A model generated the notes under the pieces. The model was not told the origin of the DNA. It worked only from the letters and a program-made list of their open reading frames with translations, and ran no database searches. A stretch of 64,000 bases of DNA from Octopus sinensis. Its lineage: Eukaryota. Positions 1-11,912 of this stretch are shown here, one piece after another (position 1 is the stretch's first letter; each line of letters opens with the position of its first letter). The translations under genes were made by a program, and so were the position numbers. The stretch lies in assembly GCF_006345805.1 (NCBI RefSeq), contig NC_043006.1:2418001-2482000 (forward strand), given 5' to 3'.

Positions 1-229
1 ACACACACACACACACACACACACTGAAATATGCATGCACACATACATGGACTTACTAGCAAGAACACATACATGCACAAACCAAGGTGCAAAGGCCTTC
101 ATCCACATGGGTGCAGACATGCATGTAATTACACACACACACACACACATAAATCCATACACCCACACAAACACATACACGAACACACACACACACATAC
201 ATACAAGCAAACACACACACACACACACG
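1..229. repeat. (CA)n-rich imperfect microsatellite
   Basis: Direct reading: CA/CATA runs. Confidence 0.95.
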
Positions 230-414
230 CATATTTTCTTCTTTTTAGCCATCCATACTGCCCACCACAAAGGCCCTCTTGATGCTGTCACCTGGCGTAA
301 GTGCTTCGGGGGCTGCATGTTGTTGTGCATGTGCAGCACAAGCACACACACACACATACACACACATGCATTGCCTTATAAGTGTCTCACAACAACAACA
401 AAAACAACAGCGAG

Positions 415-830
415 CCAACAAAAAAGCCTCTACACTGTCGCTTGCCATGCTAGAAATAGTAGCCAAATCTCCCTCAGATTACATCTTGCTATCTTAAAGA
501 AGGATACATTGGATGACATAGTGCATGATACATAAAATGATATGATGGTCAAGGCTGGAACGTCTTTGACCACACATTCTGCTTGATCAGAACTGACCGG
601 AGTTTAAATCTATGACAATACCAAAATAATAGTGGCAACATCAAACCAACAAGAAAGCCTCTACATGGTCACTTGCTCTGCTAGAAATACTAACCAAATC
701 TCCCTCAGATTACATCTTACTATTTTAAAGAATGATGTCATGCCTGATATACAAAAAGATGTGACAGTCACAGCTGGGATGTCTTTGATTGTATGTTTTG
801 CTTCATCAGAACTGAGCCTGTGTTTAAACA
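415..830 (+). repeat. Two diverged tandem copies of a ~200-230 bp interspersed repeat
   Basis: Both copies share 'aaagcctctaca..gctagaaata..ccaaatctccctcagattacatctt..gtctttga..atcagaactga'; weaker relatives near 18520-18665 and 36015-36110. Confidence 0.7.
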
Positions 831-914
831 ACAATGCATGAGCGAAAAGAGCAAAGAAAATATACAAAAACAAAGAAAAACAAATACGTAAAAGAAAAAT
901 TGACAAATAAAAAG

Positions 915-986
915 GAAAGAGAAAGAGAGAGCGAAAGCAAGGAGATGAGAGAGAGGAGAGAGAGAGAGAGAGAGAGAGAGCAAGGA

Positions 987-1023
<37 letters not shown>

Positions 1024-1210
1024 TTATTGGATGTGGAAAGAGAATAACAACCACAAAGGTGTGGACTCTGATACAGATGAAAAATAATTTCAGTTATTTC
1101 ATTTCTGGAGAAAGAAATGGAGAGAGAGGGGGAGAGCAGGAGGAAAGAGAAGAGGAGCAAGAGAGGAAAGGAAGAAATAGAAAAAAGAAGAGAGATAGGG
1201 AGAGAGAGAG
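915..1210. repeat. (GA)n / purine-rich microsatellite
   Basis: Direct reading. Confidence 0.9.
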
Positions 1211-1519
1211 AATTATTCTTGGCTTTTGACTGTGTTTTTGTGTTTTTATGACATAGCAACAGTGATGTATTCCCAAATTATGTGCTGTGACCTAGCAACA
1301 AGGATATGATACCACTCTGCAACTAACGGCTTATGTGACAGACAGGTTAACAATGAAGTGTTAATGTGCAAACACACACACACACACATATATGCACTTA
1401 CATACATACATAAATATATACTTGCACGCATGTACATATACATACATTTATAATACATTCATACATTCATACACACATACATAAACACATACTCACATGC
1501 ATGCACATATATATACACG

Positions 1520-1553
<34 letters not shown>

Positions 1554-1554
1554 G

Positions 1555-1890
1555 TTTATCTTTTGCTTGTTTCAGTCATTGAACTGTGACCATGCTGGGG
1601 CACCACCTTGAAGGGTTTAGCCGAACAAATCACCCCCCACCTCAGTATTTATTTTTTAAGCCTGGTGCTTATTCTATCAATCTCTTTTGCTAGATTGCTA
1701 AGTTACAGGGATATAAACAAGCCAAAACCAGTTGCCACATGGTGATGCAGAACAAAACGCATGCACTGAAACACACGCATGTATACGTATGTACAATGGG
1801 CTTCATTCAGTTTCCCTCTACCAAATCCCCTCGCAAGGCTTTGCTCAGAAGACACTTGCCCAAAGTGCCATGCAGGACCGGATTAAAACC
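1555..1890 (-). mobile_element. SINE family A (octopus-type, internal microsatellite), degraded copy
   Basis: Reverse complement of the full copy at 34495-34970 (tail 'ttgtttcagtcattgaactgtgaccatgctggggcacc'). Confidence 0.85.
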
Positions 1891-2537
1891 CATCAAGGCC
1901 CTAAGCACTTAAAAGATTTTGGTACCACCATAAACGATTATACAATTCAAAATATACACAAAAACAAACCAGGAAATAATTTTGTTTTTTTCAAAACGAA
2001 ACAAAACAGTAAAATGGAAAATAATGTTTATTTTTGTCTACTTCCACTTTAATTATATTTGAAAAGCTTCCTCCCACTTTTTTTTAATTGCAAAGTCCTT
2101 GATCAGATCCTCAAAATCAATCTTAGGTAACACACCTGCATCCATACTTGTACAGTACAAAATGCATCCCGAATATTATTTAAGCAAGTTTAAAGAGATT
2201 TCTTTTGTGCCATAAACCATTTACCATTTCTGTGGTGCCTCCTCCTTACCCTGATGCCCTAAGCACGTGCTTAATGGTTAATCCAGTGCTGGTGCCATGT
2301 AGTGGGACTGAACACAGAACCATGTGGGTTGGGAAGCAGTCATCTTTCCACTCAGCCACACCTGTGCCTACATGCAAACACACATGCACGCACACACATA
2401 CACAGACACAAGCACGCACACACACACACATGCACAGAGACACACACACACACACATGCATATAATGATATTACCTAAGAAGAGATAAAATAAGTAGAGG
2501 CTTCAGATTAGTGCAGACAGCTTTTGAATGTAATATA

Positions 2538-2601
2538 GTCTCTCTCTCCCTCTCCCTCTCTCTCTCTCTCTCTTTCTTTCTCTCTCTCTCTTCTCTCTCT
2601 T

Positions 2602-2634
<33 letters not shown>

Positions 2635-2777
2635 ATCTCTCTTTCTCTCTCTCTCTTTCTCTCTCTCTCTTTCTCTCTCTCTCTTTCTCTCTCTCTCTGT
2701 CTCTCTCTCCCTCTCCCTCTCTCTCTCTCTTTCTTTCTATCTCTCTCTCTCTCTTTCTCTCTCTCTTTCCCTCTCTT

Positions 2778-2808
<31 letters not shown>

Positions 2809-2903
2809 CTCTCTCTTTCTCTCTCTCTCTTTCTCTCTGTCTCTGTCTCTGTCTCTGTCTCTGTCTCTCTCTCTGTCTCTCTCTGTCTCTCTCTGTCTCT
2901 CTC

Positions 2904-2942
<39 letters not shown>
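2538..2942. repeat. ~400 bp (CT)n/(CTGT)n pyrimidine tract
   Basis: Direct reading. Confidence 0.97.
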
Positions 2943-2945
<3 letters not shown>

Positions 2946-4290
2946 AGAGCACTTACTAAACAACAGCAGCAAAAATAAATACATTAACTGAGAGTGGTGA
3001 AAAGTGAAGAGAACAACCTTCTGTATGCTGGCAGTGAGCCCGTCAGGAAGCACTCTCTTCCTCATGATCTCTCATACAACCCCAAAACAGCTGGACTAAT
3101 ATACTTCAAAGACGACCTGGATGTGAAACACACAGGATACCAAAAGACAAGATCAGGCATCGGGTAGGTATGTTCTCTGAAGACTTGGAGTAGGAAGTAA
3201 CATTGATATGCAAAGAAGCCTTTCTTAGACTCATGACTGCTATGTTACATCACACCTCAAAGACTCCCTTCAGTCAAGCATGACCATCAGATTGCACTTA
3301 GAAAGTTACCCTCTGAGGCACAAGTCTGGGTAAGGTTGTTTATAGAAAACCAGCAGTCGCCCATGCCCAGCCTCCCCTCTCCATGCTATCAATGTTATCC
3401 AAGGGAAAGGCAAAGGGGCCGATACAGCTTGGCACCTGTGACGTTGCAGCTCATTTCTACAGCTAAGTGAACTGGAGCAATGTGAAATAAAGTACCTTGC
3501 TCAAAAAGTGCACAACATGCAGCCTGGTCCAGGAATCGAACTCACAACCTCATGATTGTGAGCTCAGTGCTCTAACCACTGCACCATATATTTGCAATCC
3601 AAGAACAGAAGTTTGCTATGAAATTCCTAATCAACAAAAGAGACAGTAAAACTCTTGGAGTTCCAAGATACAACTGAAAATGTAGATTATGTCATATTTC
3701 CGTAGAAGACATCACACATGTGATTAGCAACAACCCAAGAATGTCATCAAGATATTACTTCCCTATGCAACCTGATATTGTCATGTTATAAGCCTGAAAT
3801 GAGTATAGAGAACCCCCTGTTATTGAATATGTACACAAATATCAAGACAAAGAATACGGGTGCAACATTTCTATCAAAGCGTTTGTCACGGGTAAGCATA
3901 ACAGGCCAGATATTGTTGTTTGGGACAGACAAGACAAAGTATGAGCCATAATAGAGATATGCTGTCCCTGCTGGTGTGAATATCCTTTTGAAAATCAAAG
4001 TGAAAGAGGATAACAATGGATAAATATTTCAAAGCCTCCAGCTTCTTTATCCAGTTTATAAATTTACATTTATACTAATAAACCAATCGGTATACTTGGT
4101 TTTGTGAGTAAATGCCTGACTGACAGTTTGGATCAGCTGAAAATTCAACCAGCTAAGCTGCACATTACAAATACAAACCCAAGTAAAGAGTTGCAAGACT
4201 TTTCTCAAGTTTAAAATGTGACATTGTTTTCGTTATCTGCATTCTAACAATGAAGCTCCTTCCTCAGAGGAAGAATTTAAATAATTAGAA
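2943..4290 (+). mobile_element. R4/Dong-like non-LTR retrotransposon, 3' part (CCHC knuckle + restriction-like endonuclease), pseudogenised and split by a SINE
   Basis: Manual translation: IDMQRSLS*THDCYVTSH (before SINE); IFAIQEQ..KCRLCHISVEDITHVIS..MSSRYY from 3588; KHNRPDIVVWDRQDKV*AIIEICCP; ends CKTFLKFKM* at 4221. These match the C-terminal motifs of RLE-type LINEs. Confidence 0.85.
3256..3582 (-). mobile_element. tRNA-derived SINE with CORE-like segment and RTE-like tail
   Basis: Minus strand: 'cagtggttagagcactgagc' (A-box region), 'gagttcgattcc' (B box), then 'ttgagcaaggtacttta'; interrupts the R4-like ORF. Confidence 0.8.
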
Positions 4291-4334
4291 ATAGATGAGA
4301 GTATACATACACACATGCATACATACATACATTA

Positions 4335-4660
4335 TTATGGCTGCCCCCTCATTATAAAGTATGGCCATTGCACGAAGCTTAACTGTTACTGGTGCTGTGA
4401 TCGAATGCAACTTTTTAGCCCAGCTAAAGATCTACAATGTCTTGTACAGAATTGGCAGCTAAAAGCTTTACCGGTAATAGCCGGCTGTAGTTGTAACTGG
4501 GCTTAATGTACCTTTGCATGTCGTTTAAGTCCTCCTGCCGAATTACACTCTCTTCCACATGCCTGACAGATATGATTAGTATGGTGTGTTACACCACCAC
4601 CAGTGGCCAGTTGTCACTCATCTGTCTCGTTTTGCGAAGATGACTCTTGAGTCCAGCTTT
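4335..4660 (-). mobile_element. 3' end of a probable RTE-clade LINE encoding tandem C2H2-like zinc fingers
   Basis: Minus translation: KAGLKSHLRK...HICQACGRECNSAGGLKRHAKVH*AQLQLQPAITGKAFSCQFCTRHCRSLAGLKSCIRSQH, then a short tail running into (TATG)n. Confidence 0.65.
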
Positions 4661-5228
4661 ACATACATACATACATCAGGTCCAACCCATACCAGCATGG
4701 AAAACAAATGTTAAATGATGATGATGATGATGTTAGATTAAAGGAAATTAAAAAACCAGAAATCCAAGGTGGTTACCTCACTCAGCACTCCTGCAGATAC
4801 TGGCTAACAGTGCACAGAAATAAACAGTGCTCTTTAAAAGAAACCATTTCATCTGAGAATCCCCAGGTAGATTACCATGTAACGGAGTATAATAATGAAC
4901 TTTTAAGAAATGCAGGTGTTGGTATTGCATTTAGTTCTTCATTCAATCGTTTCAACAATACAGAGAAAAGTCACGGAAATAAACAAAGATTACAAATGTT
5001 ACAACATATTACTTGTCATCCATTGCTCATTTCAAAGCATAAAATATTTACTTAATAATGAGTATAAAACAATTATTCATATACCAATGAACCACCAACA
5101 TTTTTGCCTGTAAGAAGCAGGCCTTTTGTACATGCATACTACAAACATACACACATACATATATACATACATACATACATGAGTGTGTGAGTATGTATAT
5201 ATATATGCTTATATACATATATACATAC

Positions 5229-5281
<53 letters not shown>

Positions 5282-5395
5282 ATATATAGATCTGACTGGC
5301 CTGGTGCAGCCTTCGGGCTCCCCAGGCCCCAGTTGAACCGTCCAACCCATGCTAGCATGGAAAGCGGACGTTAACGATGATGATGATGATGATGA

Positions 5396-5437
<42 letters not shown>

Positions 5438-5478
5438 ATGTATATACATATACATGGGCAGTTACTGTCTATACCTCG

Positions 5479-5785
5479 TTCAGAGATTTATATTATACAC
5501 TTTTTCAAGATCAGTGACGAAAGGTCACTGGAAAAAGAATATATGTATTTACATTGGGACCCTTCCATCGAAAACCGGTGATTGTCGGACGCTGAGGACA
5601 GGTCAATGCCTAGAAACTGCAGTCCATGCGTATCACTTAGGTTGACGAGGGAAGGATGACCTCCCTTTGCAAATACCGATAGGGCACAGAAGGTGTGCCT
5701 ATAGCCAGCTGGAGGAGATATTCTCCTGGGGCTACAAACTACAGTAACATCCACCGTTAGTGGTTAGCCATATTCAGAGATTTAT
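5479..5785 (+). mobile_element. Retrozyme-like ~294 bp unit with terminal redundancy and an internal hammerhead
   Basis: Direct repeat TTCAGAGATTTAT at 5479 and 5773; several hairpins; hammerhead core at 5592-5624. Confidence 0.6.
5587..5630 (+). ncRNA. Type I hammerhead ribozyme motif
   Basis: CTGAGGA(5592)-c-AGGT caat GCCT-a-GAAA(5613)-CTGCAG-TC; stem III palindrome ACTGCAGT, GUC triplet; stem I partly decayed. Confidence 0.7.
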
Positions 5786-5791
5786 TATTAT

Positions 5792-5839
<48 letters not shown>

Positions 5840-5884
5840 CATATACATATATACATATATACATATATACATGTATATACAGTA

Positions 5885-6040
5885 TAAAGTTAATCCAAAC
5901 ATGAAAGCACAAAAAAACACAACGTGAGGACATGGAACAAATATAGTATTATTGGACGCTCAGGAAAGAAGGAAAGAAGGAGGATTTAACGTTTCGAGCA
6001 GAGCTCTTCGTCGGAAACATAGGAGAAGGAAAGATCCAGA
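5885..6040 (-). mobile_element. Penelope-pLTR-like fragment with a minimal hammerhead-like motif
   Basis: Minus strand: ttt-CCGACGA-a-GAGC tct GCTC-GAAA-CG-TT-aaa (6017->5984); flanked by TA microsatellite. Confidence 0.55.
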
Positions 6041-6055
6041 CACACATATATATAT

Positions 6056-6425
6056 CATCATCATCATCATCATCATTTAACGTTCGTCTTCCATCCTAGT
6101 ATGGGTTGGATGATTTGACTGAGGACTGGCTAACCAGATGGCTGCACAAAGCTCCAATCTTGATTTGGCAGAGTTTCTACAGCTGGATGCTCTTCCTAAT
6201 GCCAACCACTCTGAAAGTGTAGTGGGTGCTTTTACGTGCCACCGACACGAGGGCCAGTCAGGCGGTACTGGCAACGGTCACGGAAAATCGTGATTTTTTT
6301 ACGTGTCACCTGCACACCGGCACAAGTCCAGTAAGGCGACGCTGGTAACAATCACGCTCAAATGGTGCTTTTTACGTGCCACTGGTACAAACGACAGTTA
6401 GCTGCTCTGGCAACAATCACACTCG
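6056..6425 (-). mobile_element. RTE LINE 3' UTR/tail copy ending in (GAT)n
   Basis: Same tail as the RTE element at 19803-20412. Confidence 0.85.
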
Positions 6426-6456
<31 letters not shown>

Positions 6457-6457
6457 A

Positions 6458-6800
6458 AATCAAAATAAGCAACAAGAATATCTTCAGTAATTTGGTACGA
6501 TCGTTTCATGCTACATCATTTTATTAAACATTGTAAACATTCATATTAATATGAAAATATGTATTAATGGAAAACCTCTATAAATGGCTGATGGTTGCTC
6601 AACATTTTAAAACTGTTGAAATACTTACAATGTTTAATAAAATGACATAGCGGAAAACGATCGTACCAAAATTAACGAAGATATTCTTGTTGCTTATTTT
6701 GATTATAATCACCCCACGGATTTATATGGATAACACCATACAAAATTCTGGTGCATCTAACTTAAGTACCATATTCATTTGAATCTAAATTTTGCTAAAC
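6458..6800 (+). mobile_element. Penelope-like inverted pLTR structure with hammerhead-like motif
   Basis: ~80 bp inverted arms (6458-6536 / 6625-6705); tgg-CTGATGG(6588)...GAAA(A)-CGATCG-TA-cca with palindromic stem III ACGATCGT. Confidence 0.65.
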
Positions 6801-6971
6801 TTATATATACATGTATATACATGTAGTATATACACACTAAACGTGGGTATAAAAGAATGATGTGAATTTCTACTTTGCAGTATATTTCTACAAGTGTCAA
6901 TAGATATTGGTTATGCAATGTCACAGCTCGCATGCATATTTTGAGATACTCATAAATTTATGCTATGGAAT

Positions 6972-7040
6972 ACCGTCGCTGAAGAGAGCAGTAGGGAATA
7001 TTTCTTTACTTTAAGCTTGAAACAGGATTTTGTACGTGGT
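6972..7040 (+). ncRNA. Type I hammerhead ribozyme motif
   Basis: accgtcg-CTGAAGA(6979)-GAGC...GCTT-GAAA(7019)-CAggatttTG-TA-cgtggt. Confidence 0.7.
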
Positions 7041-7255
7041 TAACTGAAAAGTTGTTGATTCAATATTTTTCTTTTCCTTGCCTATAATATAGAGTGTTAT
7101 TCTCAGAGATTTTAAGGAGGTAATATGGCATTTGGCGTCTATTTCTACAGTGTGTGGTGAGGCATAAAGCCAATCCTTTGTTATAATTATGTCTATAATT
7201 ATAAAATAAATATACATGTATATTTATATATATATGCATATATATATATATTATA

Positions 7256-7890
7256 TCATCATCATCATCATCATCGTTTAACATCCGTTTTCCGCGCTAG
7301 CACAGGTTGGACGGTTTGACCGGGGTCTGGGAAGACAGGGGCTGCACCAGGCTCCAGTCTGATCTGGCAGTGTTTCTACAGCTGGATGCCCTTCCTAACG
7401 CCAATCACTCTGAGAGTGTCATGGGTGCTTTTTACGTGCCACTGGCACAGGTCCCAGAAGAGACTGGCATCGGCCACAATCGGTTGGTGCTTTTAACGTG
7501 CCACCGGCACGGAAGCCAGCCAAGGCGGCGCTGGCATCGGCCACGTTCGGATGGTGCTTTTTATGTGCCACCGGCACAGAAGCCAGTTGAGGCGGCGCTG
7601 GCATCGGCCACGTTCGGATGGTGCTTTTTATGTGCCACCAGCACAGAAGCCAGCCAAGGCGGCACTGGCATCGGCCACGTTCGGATGGTGCTTTTTATGT
7701 GCCACCAGCACAGAAGCCAGTCGAGGCAGCACTGACATCGGCCACGTTCGGATGGTGCTTTTTATGTGCCACCAGCACAGGTATCACAACTACTATTTCC
7801 ATTGATATTTATTTTGATGTTCATGTAGTTGACTCAATAGGTCTCCTCAAGCACAGTGGGATGTTCTGGAATCCAAGGTACTTTGAATGG
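7256..7890 (-). mobile_element. RTE LINE 3' UTR with internal 67-bp minisatellite (~5 units)
   Basis: (CAT)n + 'cgtttaacatccgttttcc' tail; 'ggatggtgc' recurs at 7549, 7616, 7683, 7750. Confidence 0.9.
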
Positions 7891-7927
7891 GCAGGGGATA
7901 TATATATATATATATATATACATATAT

Positions 7928-7977
<50 letters not shown>

Positions 7978-8008
7978 TATATATACATGTACACCTACAC
8001 ATATATAT

Positions 8009-8567
8009 TGTTAGGATCAGGCAAATTCTTGGGTATACAAGGGGTGAACTTCTGAATGCAACAACAGAATTGTAAAATCAGTGAATTAACATTCAAGGAT
8101 GAAATTATGTAGCAAAAATGTATTTTATATAAGACAATTTAAAGGATATATTTGATATTTTAGCGATCCCTTTGCAAATAAGTTAATATCCAAAGAATCC
8201 AGTCTTTGATTGTTCAAAGTTATGTTTTAAACAGTCCGATCCGTATGCAGCTCTCTCTCTCTCTCTTGTATTTTGTACTTTCCATGCAATGCTGCTGCTG
8301 TACTCTAAACTCTCCCCTTTGGATTTTCCTTTTTCTCTTTTTAACAGGAAGCCAACGAGATTACCCGTCTCATTGCTTGCTAACTTCCTGTATGTATATA
8401 TATATACACATACATCATTTCAATCCTGCCAGACAAAGTCATCTCTCTCCTCACAACCGCTTATCTCCCCTCAACCAGATTCTGAAGCTTCATTCAGAAA
8501 ACATTCCAAGTTCTCTTCCTTCATTATATTTTCTCGTTATTTGCACTGGTTACAGATATGCACAACA
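8009..8567 (-). mobile_element. 3' LTR of the Gypsy element (559 bp)
   Basis: Termini TGTT...AACA; on the minus strand it is immediately preceded by the polypurine tract TAAAAGGGGAGAA (8580->8568), downstream of the RNase H region. Confidence 0.75.
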
Positions 8568-11500
8568 TTCTCCCCTTTTAAAGGAAGAAAGCTGAACGCA
8601 ATGAAAACTTTCTTATTTACAATGACAAAATATGAGAACTGCATAAGGGATACAAATACATGCAGCATCCTGTCACAATCAGCTGATTCGAGATTGGGCA
8701 TCCACAGAGACGTTGTCTTTACCTTTAATATGTTGAATATTGAGATTAAATTCTTGCAAAGATAAACTCCATCTCATTAATCTCTGATTTTTCTTCTTCA
8801 TCTTGTGCAGTAAAGTCAGCGGATTGTACTCGGTGAACCCTTCAATGGGATACTTGGTGCTTCCCAAATATACATCGAAATGTTTCTTTCTCAATGGTAG
8901 AATAATTTCGCTGGTGTTTGTCAAATTTCTTTGCGTAATAACAAACACGATGATCAACACCCTCTGCATCTGATTGAAACCGAACACCACCGACACCAAT
9001 GTCACTTGCATCAATGGAAAGTTTAAATGGTTTCCCAAAATCTGGTGCTACCAAAACTGGAGAACTCATGCGAATGGCTTTTACTTTCTCAAACGCAGCC
9101 TGACAATTGTCACTCCAAACAATTTTGACACCTTTTTTCAACAAATTAGTGAGAGGGGCCACAACATCAAAGAAATTTGGGCAAAATTTTCTGTAATAAC
9201 AAGCCATACCCAGGAATCTCATAAGCTCCTTTTTGTTTGACAGAACTGGGAATTTTGCAATAGCTTCTACCTTTGCTTTAATTGGTTGTACCTGGCCTTG
9301 ACCAACAACATACCCTAAAAACACCACATTTGCCCGGGAAAATTCATATTTTGCAAGATTTATAGTCAGTTTTGCCGGTGTAAGTTTCTTGAAGAAGGCA
9401 CACATCCTCTTTAAATGTTCATCCAACTCCATAGAATGGCTGATGACATCATCAATGTAGGTTTTGATGCCCTGAAGCCCTGAAGTGATGTTATTCATGA
9501 GGCGTTGAAAAGTGGCCGGGGCACTTTTTCAGTCCAAATGGCATGACTTTATATTGGTATAGTCCATCTGGCGTAGCGAAAGCAGAAATCTTCTTGGCAC
9601 ATCGCGTTAAAGGAATTTGATAATACCCCTTCAGTAAGTCAAACTTACTCACATATTTGACTTGACCGATTCTATCTATACTGTCATCAATTTTGGTATG
9701 TGGTATGAATCCGTCTTAGGCAAAGAGTTCACACGCTTCTGGTCTGTATAACAGTACCACCAGGCTTTGGTACCAGGATGCACGGCGAGCTCCCCTCACT
9801 CGTCACGTGGTTCAATGATGTCGTTCTCCAACATGTAGCTGACCTCTTTTCAGAGATGTTCCAACTTGAGTGGGTTAACTTTATAAGGATGTTGCTTAAC
9901 AGGTTTTGAATCACCAACATCAATATCATGACTAACTAAGTCAGTACTACCAGGTACATCCAGGAATAAATGTATGTACTCATGAAGCAAATCTGACAAT
10001 TGACATTGTTGTTCTGGAGTGAGGTGAGATATCTTTTCACTTCAGAATTTTTTAAACCTTGGGTTAAGCTTCTCAGCCAAATCCTCAAATTTCAAATGCT
10101 CACATTCCTCTCTCAGCTTGTCTGAATCATGATCAATAGGTGAGGCAATAGCAACAACTTTTGGTGGAACACTTTTAGACCTTTCCTAATAGTTTTTGGT
10201 CATGTTTATGTGACAATGCCGTTTTTGTTTTCGGCAGCCTGGAATTTAAACAATGTAGTCCATATCACTGACTTTCTTATCAATCGAATATGGGCCATGG
10301 TATTTGGCTCTAAAATGGTTGACCAGGAATGGGTAGTAACACCAAAACCTTGTCACCAGGACTGAATTTCAAGCTTTACAGTTTTTGTCATAAATGGCTT
10401 TCATTCTGTCCTGTGATTTCTTCAAATTTTCTCTGGCAACCTCAGTAGCTTTGGAAAGTCTGTTTTGAAAAGTAGACACATAGTCTAGCAAGTTCAATTG
10501 GGGCTGGTCATTAAGCCATAATTCTTTCAAGCGTTTGAGTGGGCCCCTGACAGTGTGGCCAAAAGCTAACTCAAAGGGACTAAATCCTAATGACTCCTGA
10601 ACTGACTCCCTAATGGCAAACAACAACAACTGAATGCTTTCATCTCATTCTTTCTCTGTTTCAAAGCAACAGACTCTGGTCATGTTTTTAAGAGTCTGAG
10701 GAAATCTTTCCAAAGCCCCTTGGGACTCCGGATGGTAAGCACTAGGGACTCCAGATGGTAAGCACTAGACTTAACCTAATTCCCAACTCATACTTTGCCT
10801 GTTGAAACAAACTTGACATGAAATTAGACCCTTGATCAGACTGAACCTCTTTAGGCAAACCAACCATAGTGAAAAACTTGATCAAAGCCTTAACTATCAC
10901 AGGAGCTGTGATCTTCCTCAATGGGATAGCCTCAGGGAACCTCGTTGACGCACACATAACTGTCAACAGATACTGATTTCCAGACGTAGTTTTTGGCAAT
11001 GGGCCAACACAACCAATAATGACTCTGCTGAATGGCTCTTCAAATGTAGGAATGGGCTTTAATGGGGCAGGAGGGATTTTTTGATTGGGCTTTCCTACCT
11101 CCTGACAAGAATGACAAGTCTTACAAAACTTTGACACATCCTGACGCAATCTAGGCAAAAAGAAATGAGCCAAAATCCCATCACAAGTTTTGTTAACTTC
11201 TAAATGACCTGCTAATGGAATGTCATGAGCCAAACTGATCACATGTTCACGATAAACTTGAGGAACAATAATTTGTTGAAACACTTTCCATCCATCCTCT
11301 GCAGAAACGTCTGGTGGTCTCCATTTCCTCATCAAAATACCATTTTGGTTGTAATAACAAACAGGAACCTCAACAGCCTCATTGTTGGAAAGTGCTTGGT
11401 GAGCCAATGTTTGAATTTCAAGATTGTTGCCCTGAGATGAAATGAGCTGCGAACGAGTGAGTACAGGGTCGGGCCCCAAAAACTGAGCTTTACTGCTCAG

Positions 11501-11842
11501 AACAAAAGTACTCTCACTTAAAAAGAAATCCTTTAGAGAATGATCCATAAAAAATCCAGCAAGATCATAACTATCGTTCTCATTAAAATTCTCTTTCGAG
11601 ATGTTTTTGGAAATCTCTTGTGAAATTGAGTTAGCCATAGAACGAGTCACAACACATGAGGGAAAAATACCAGGAACAATTTCCTGAAGGGATTCAGTGC
11701 TCTCAGAAGTGCTTGGCTCAATGCTAACATGTGGATCAGACAAAACCTTGGACCCTGCTAAATCATTTCCAATAAGCAAGTCTACACCTGAAACTGGGAG
11801 AGTTTTCTTAACACCAACTTTCACCAAATCAGACACAAAATC
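8568..11842 (-). mobile_element. Ty3/Gypsy LTR retrotransposon pol, Gmr1-type order (PR end - IN - RT - RNase H), pseudogenised and 5' truncated
   Basis: ORF 10742-11914: GVDLLIGNDL, H-x5-H..C-x2-C zinc domain, VII(G)CVGPLP, SDQGSNF; continues YHPESQGALERF; GPY motif at ~10290; RT YIDD in ORF 8842-9498; RNase H DASDIGVG..NYSTIEKE..RLMRWSLSLQEF. Confidence 0.93.
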
Positions 11843-11864
11843 TGACGGGGGTGGGGGTGGGAGG

Positions 11865-11912
<48 letters not shown>

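Noticed and set aside
31-3065. Long ORFs rich in HT/ER/LS/CV dipeptides (also at 15.3-15.8, 18.6-19.2, 23.2-23.5, 27-29, 36.1-36.4 and 49.8-50.6 kb)
   Set aside because: Translations of di- and tetranucleotide microsatellites
7423-7780. 67-bp periodic array resembling repeat-spacer structure
   Set aside because: The 'spacers' are near-identical to one another and the array lies in an RTE 3' UTR
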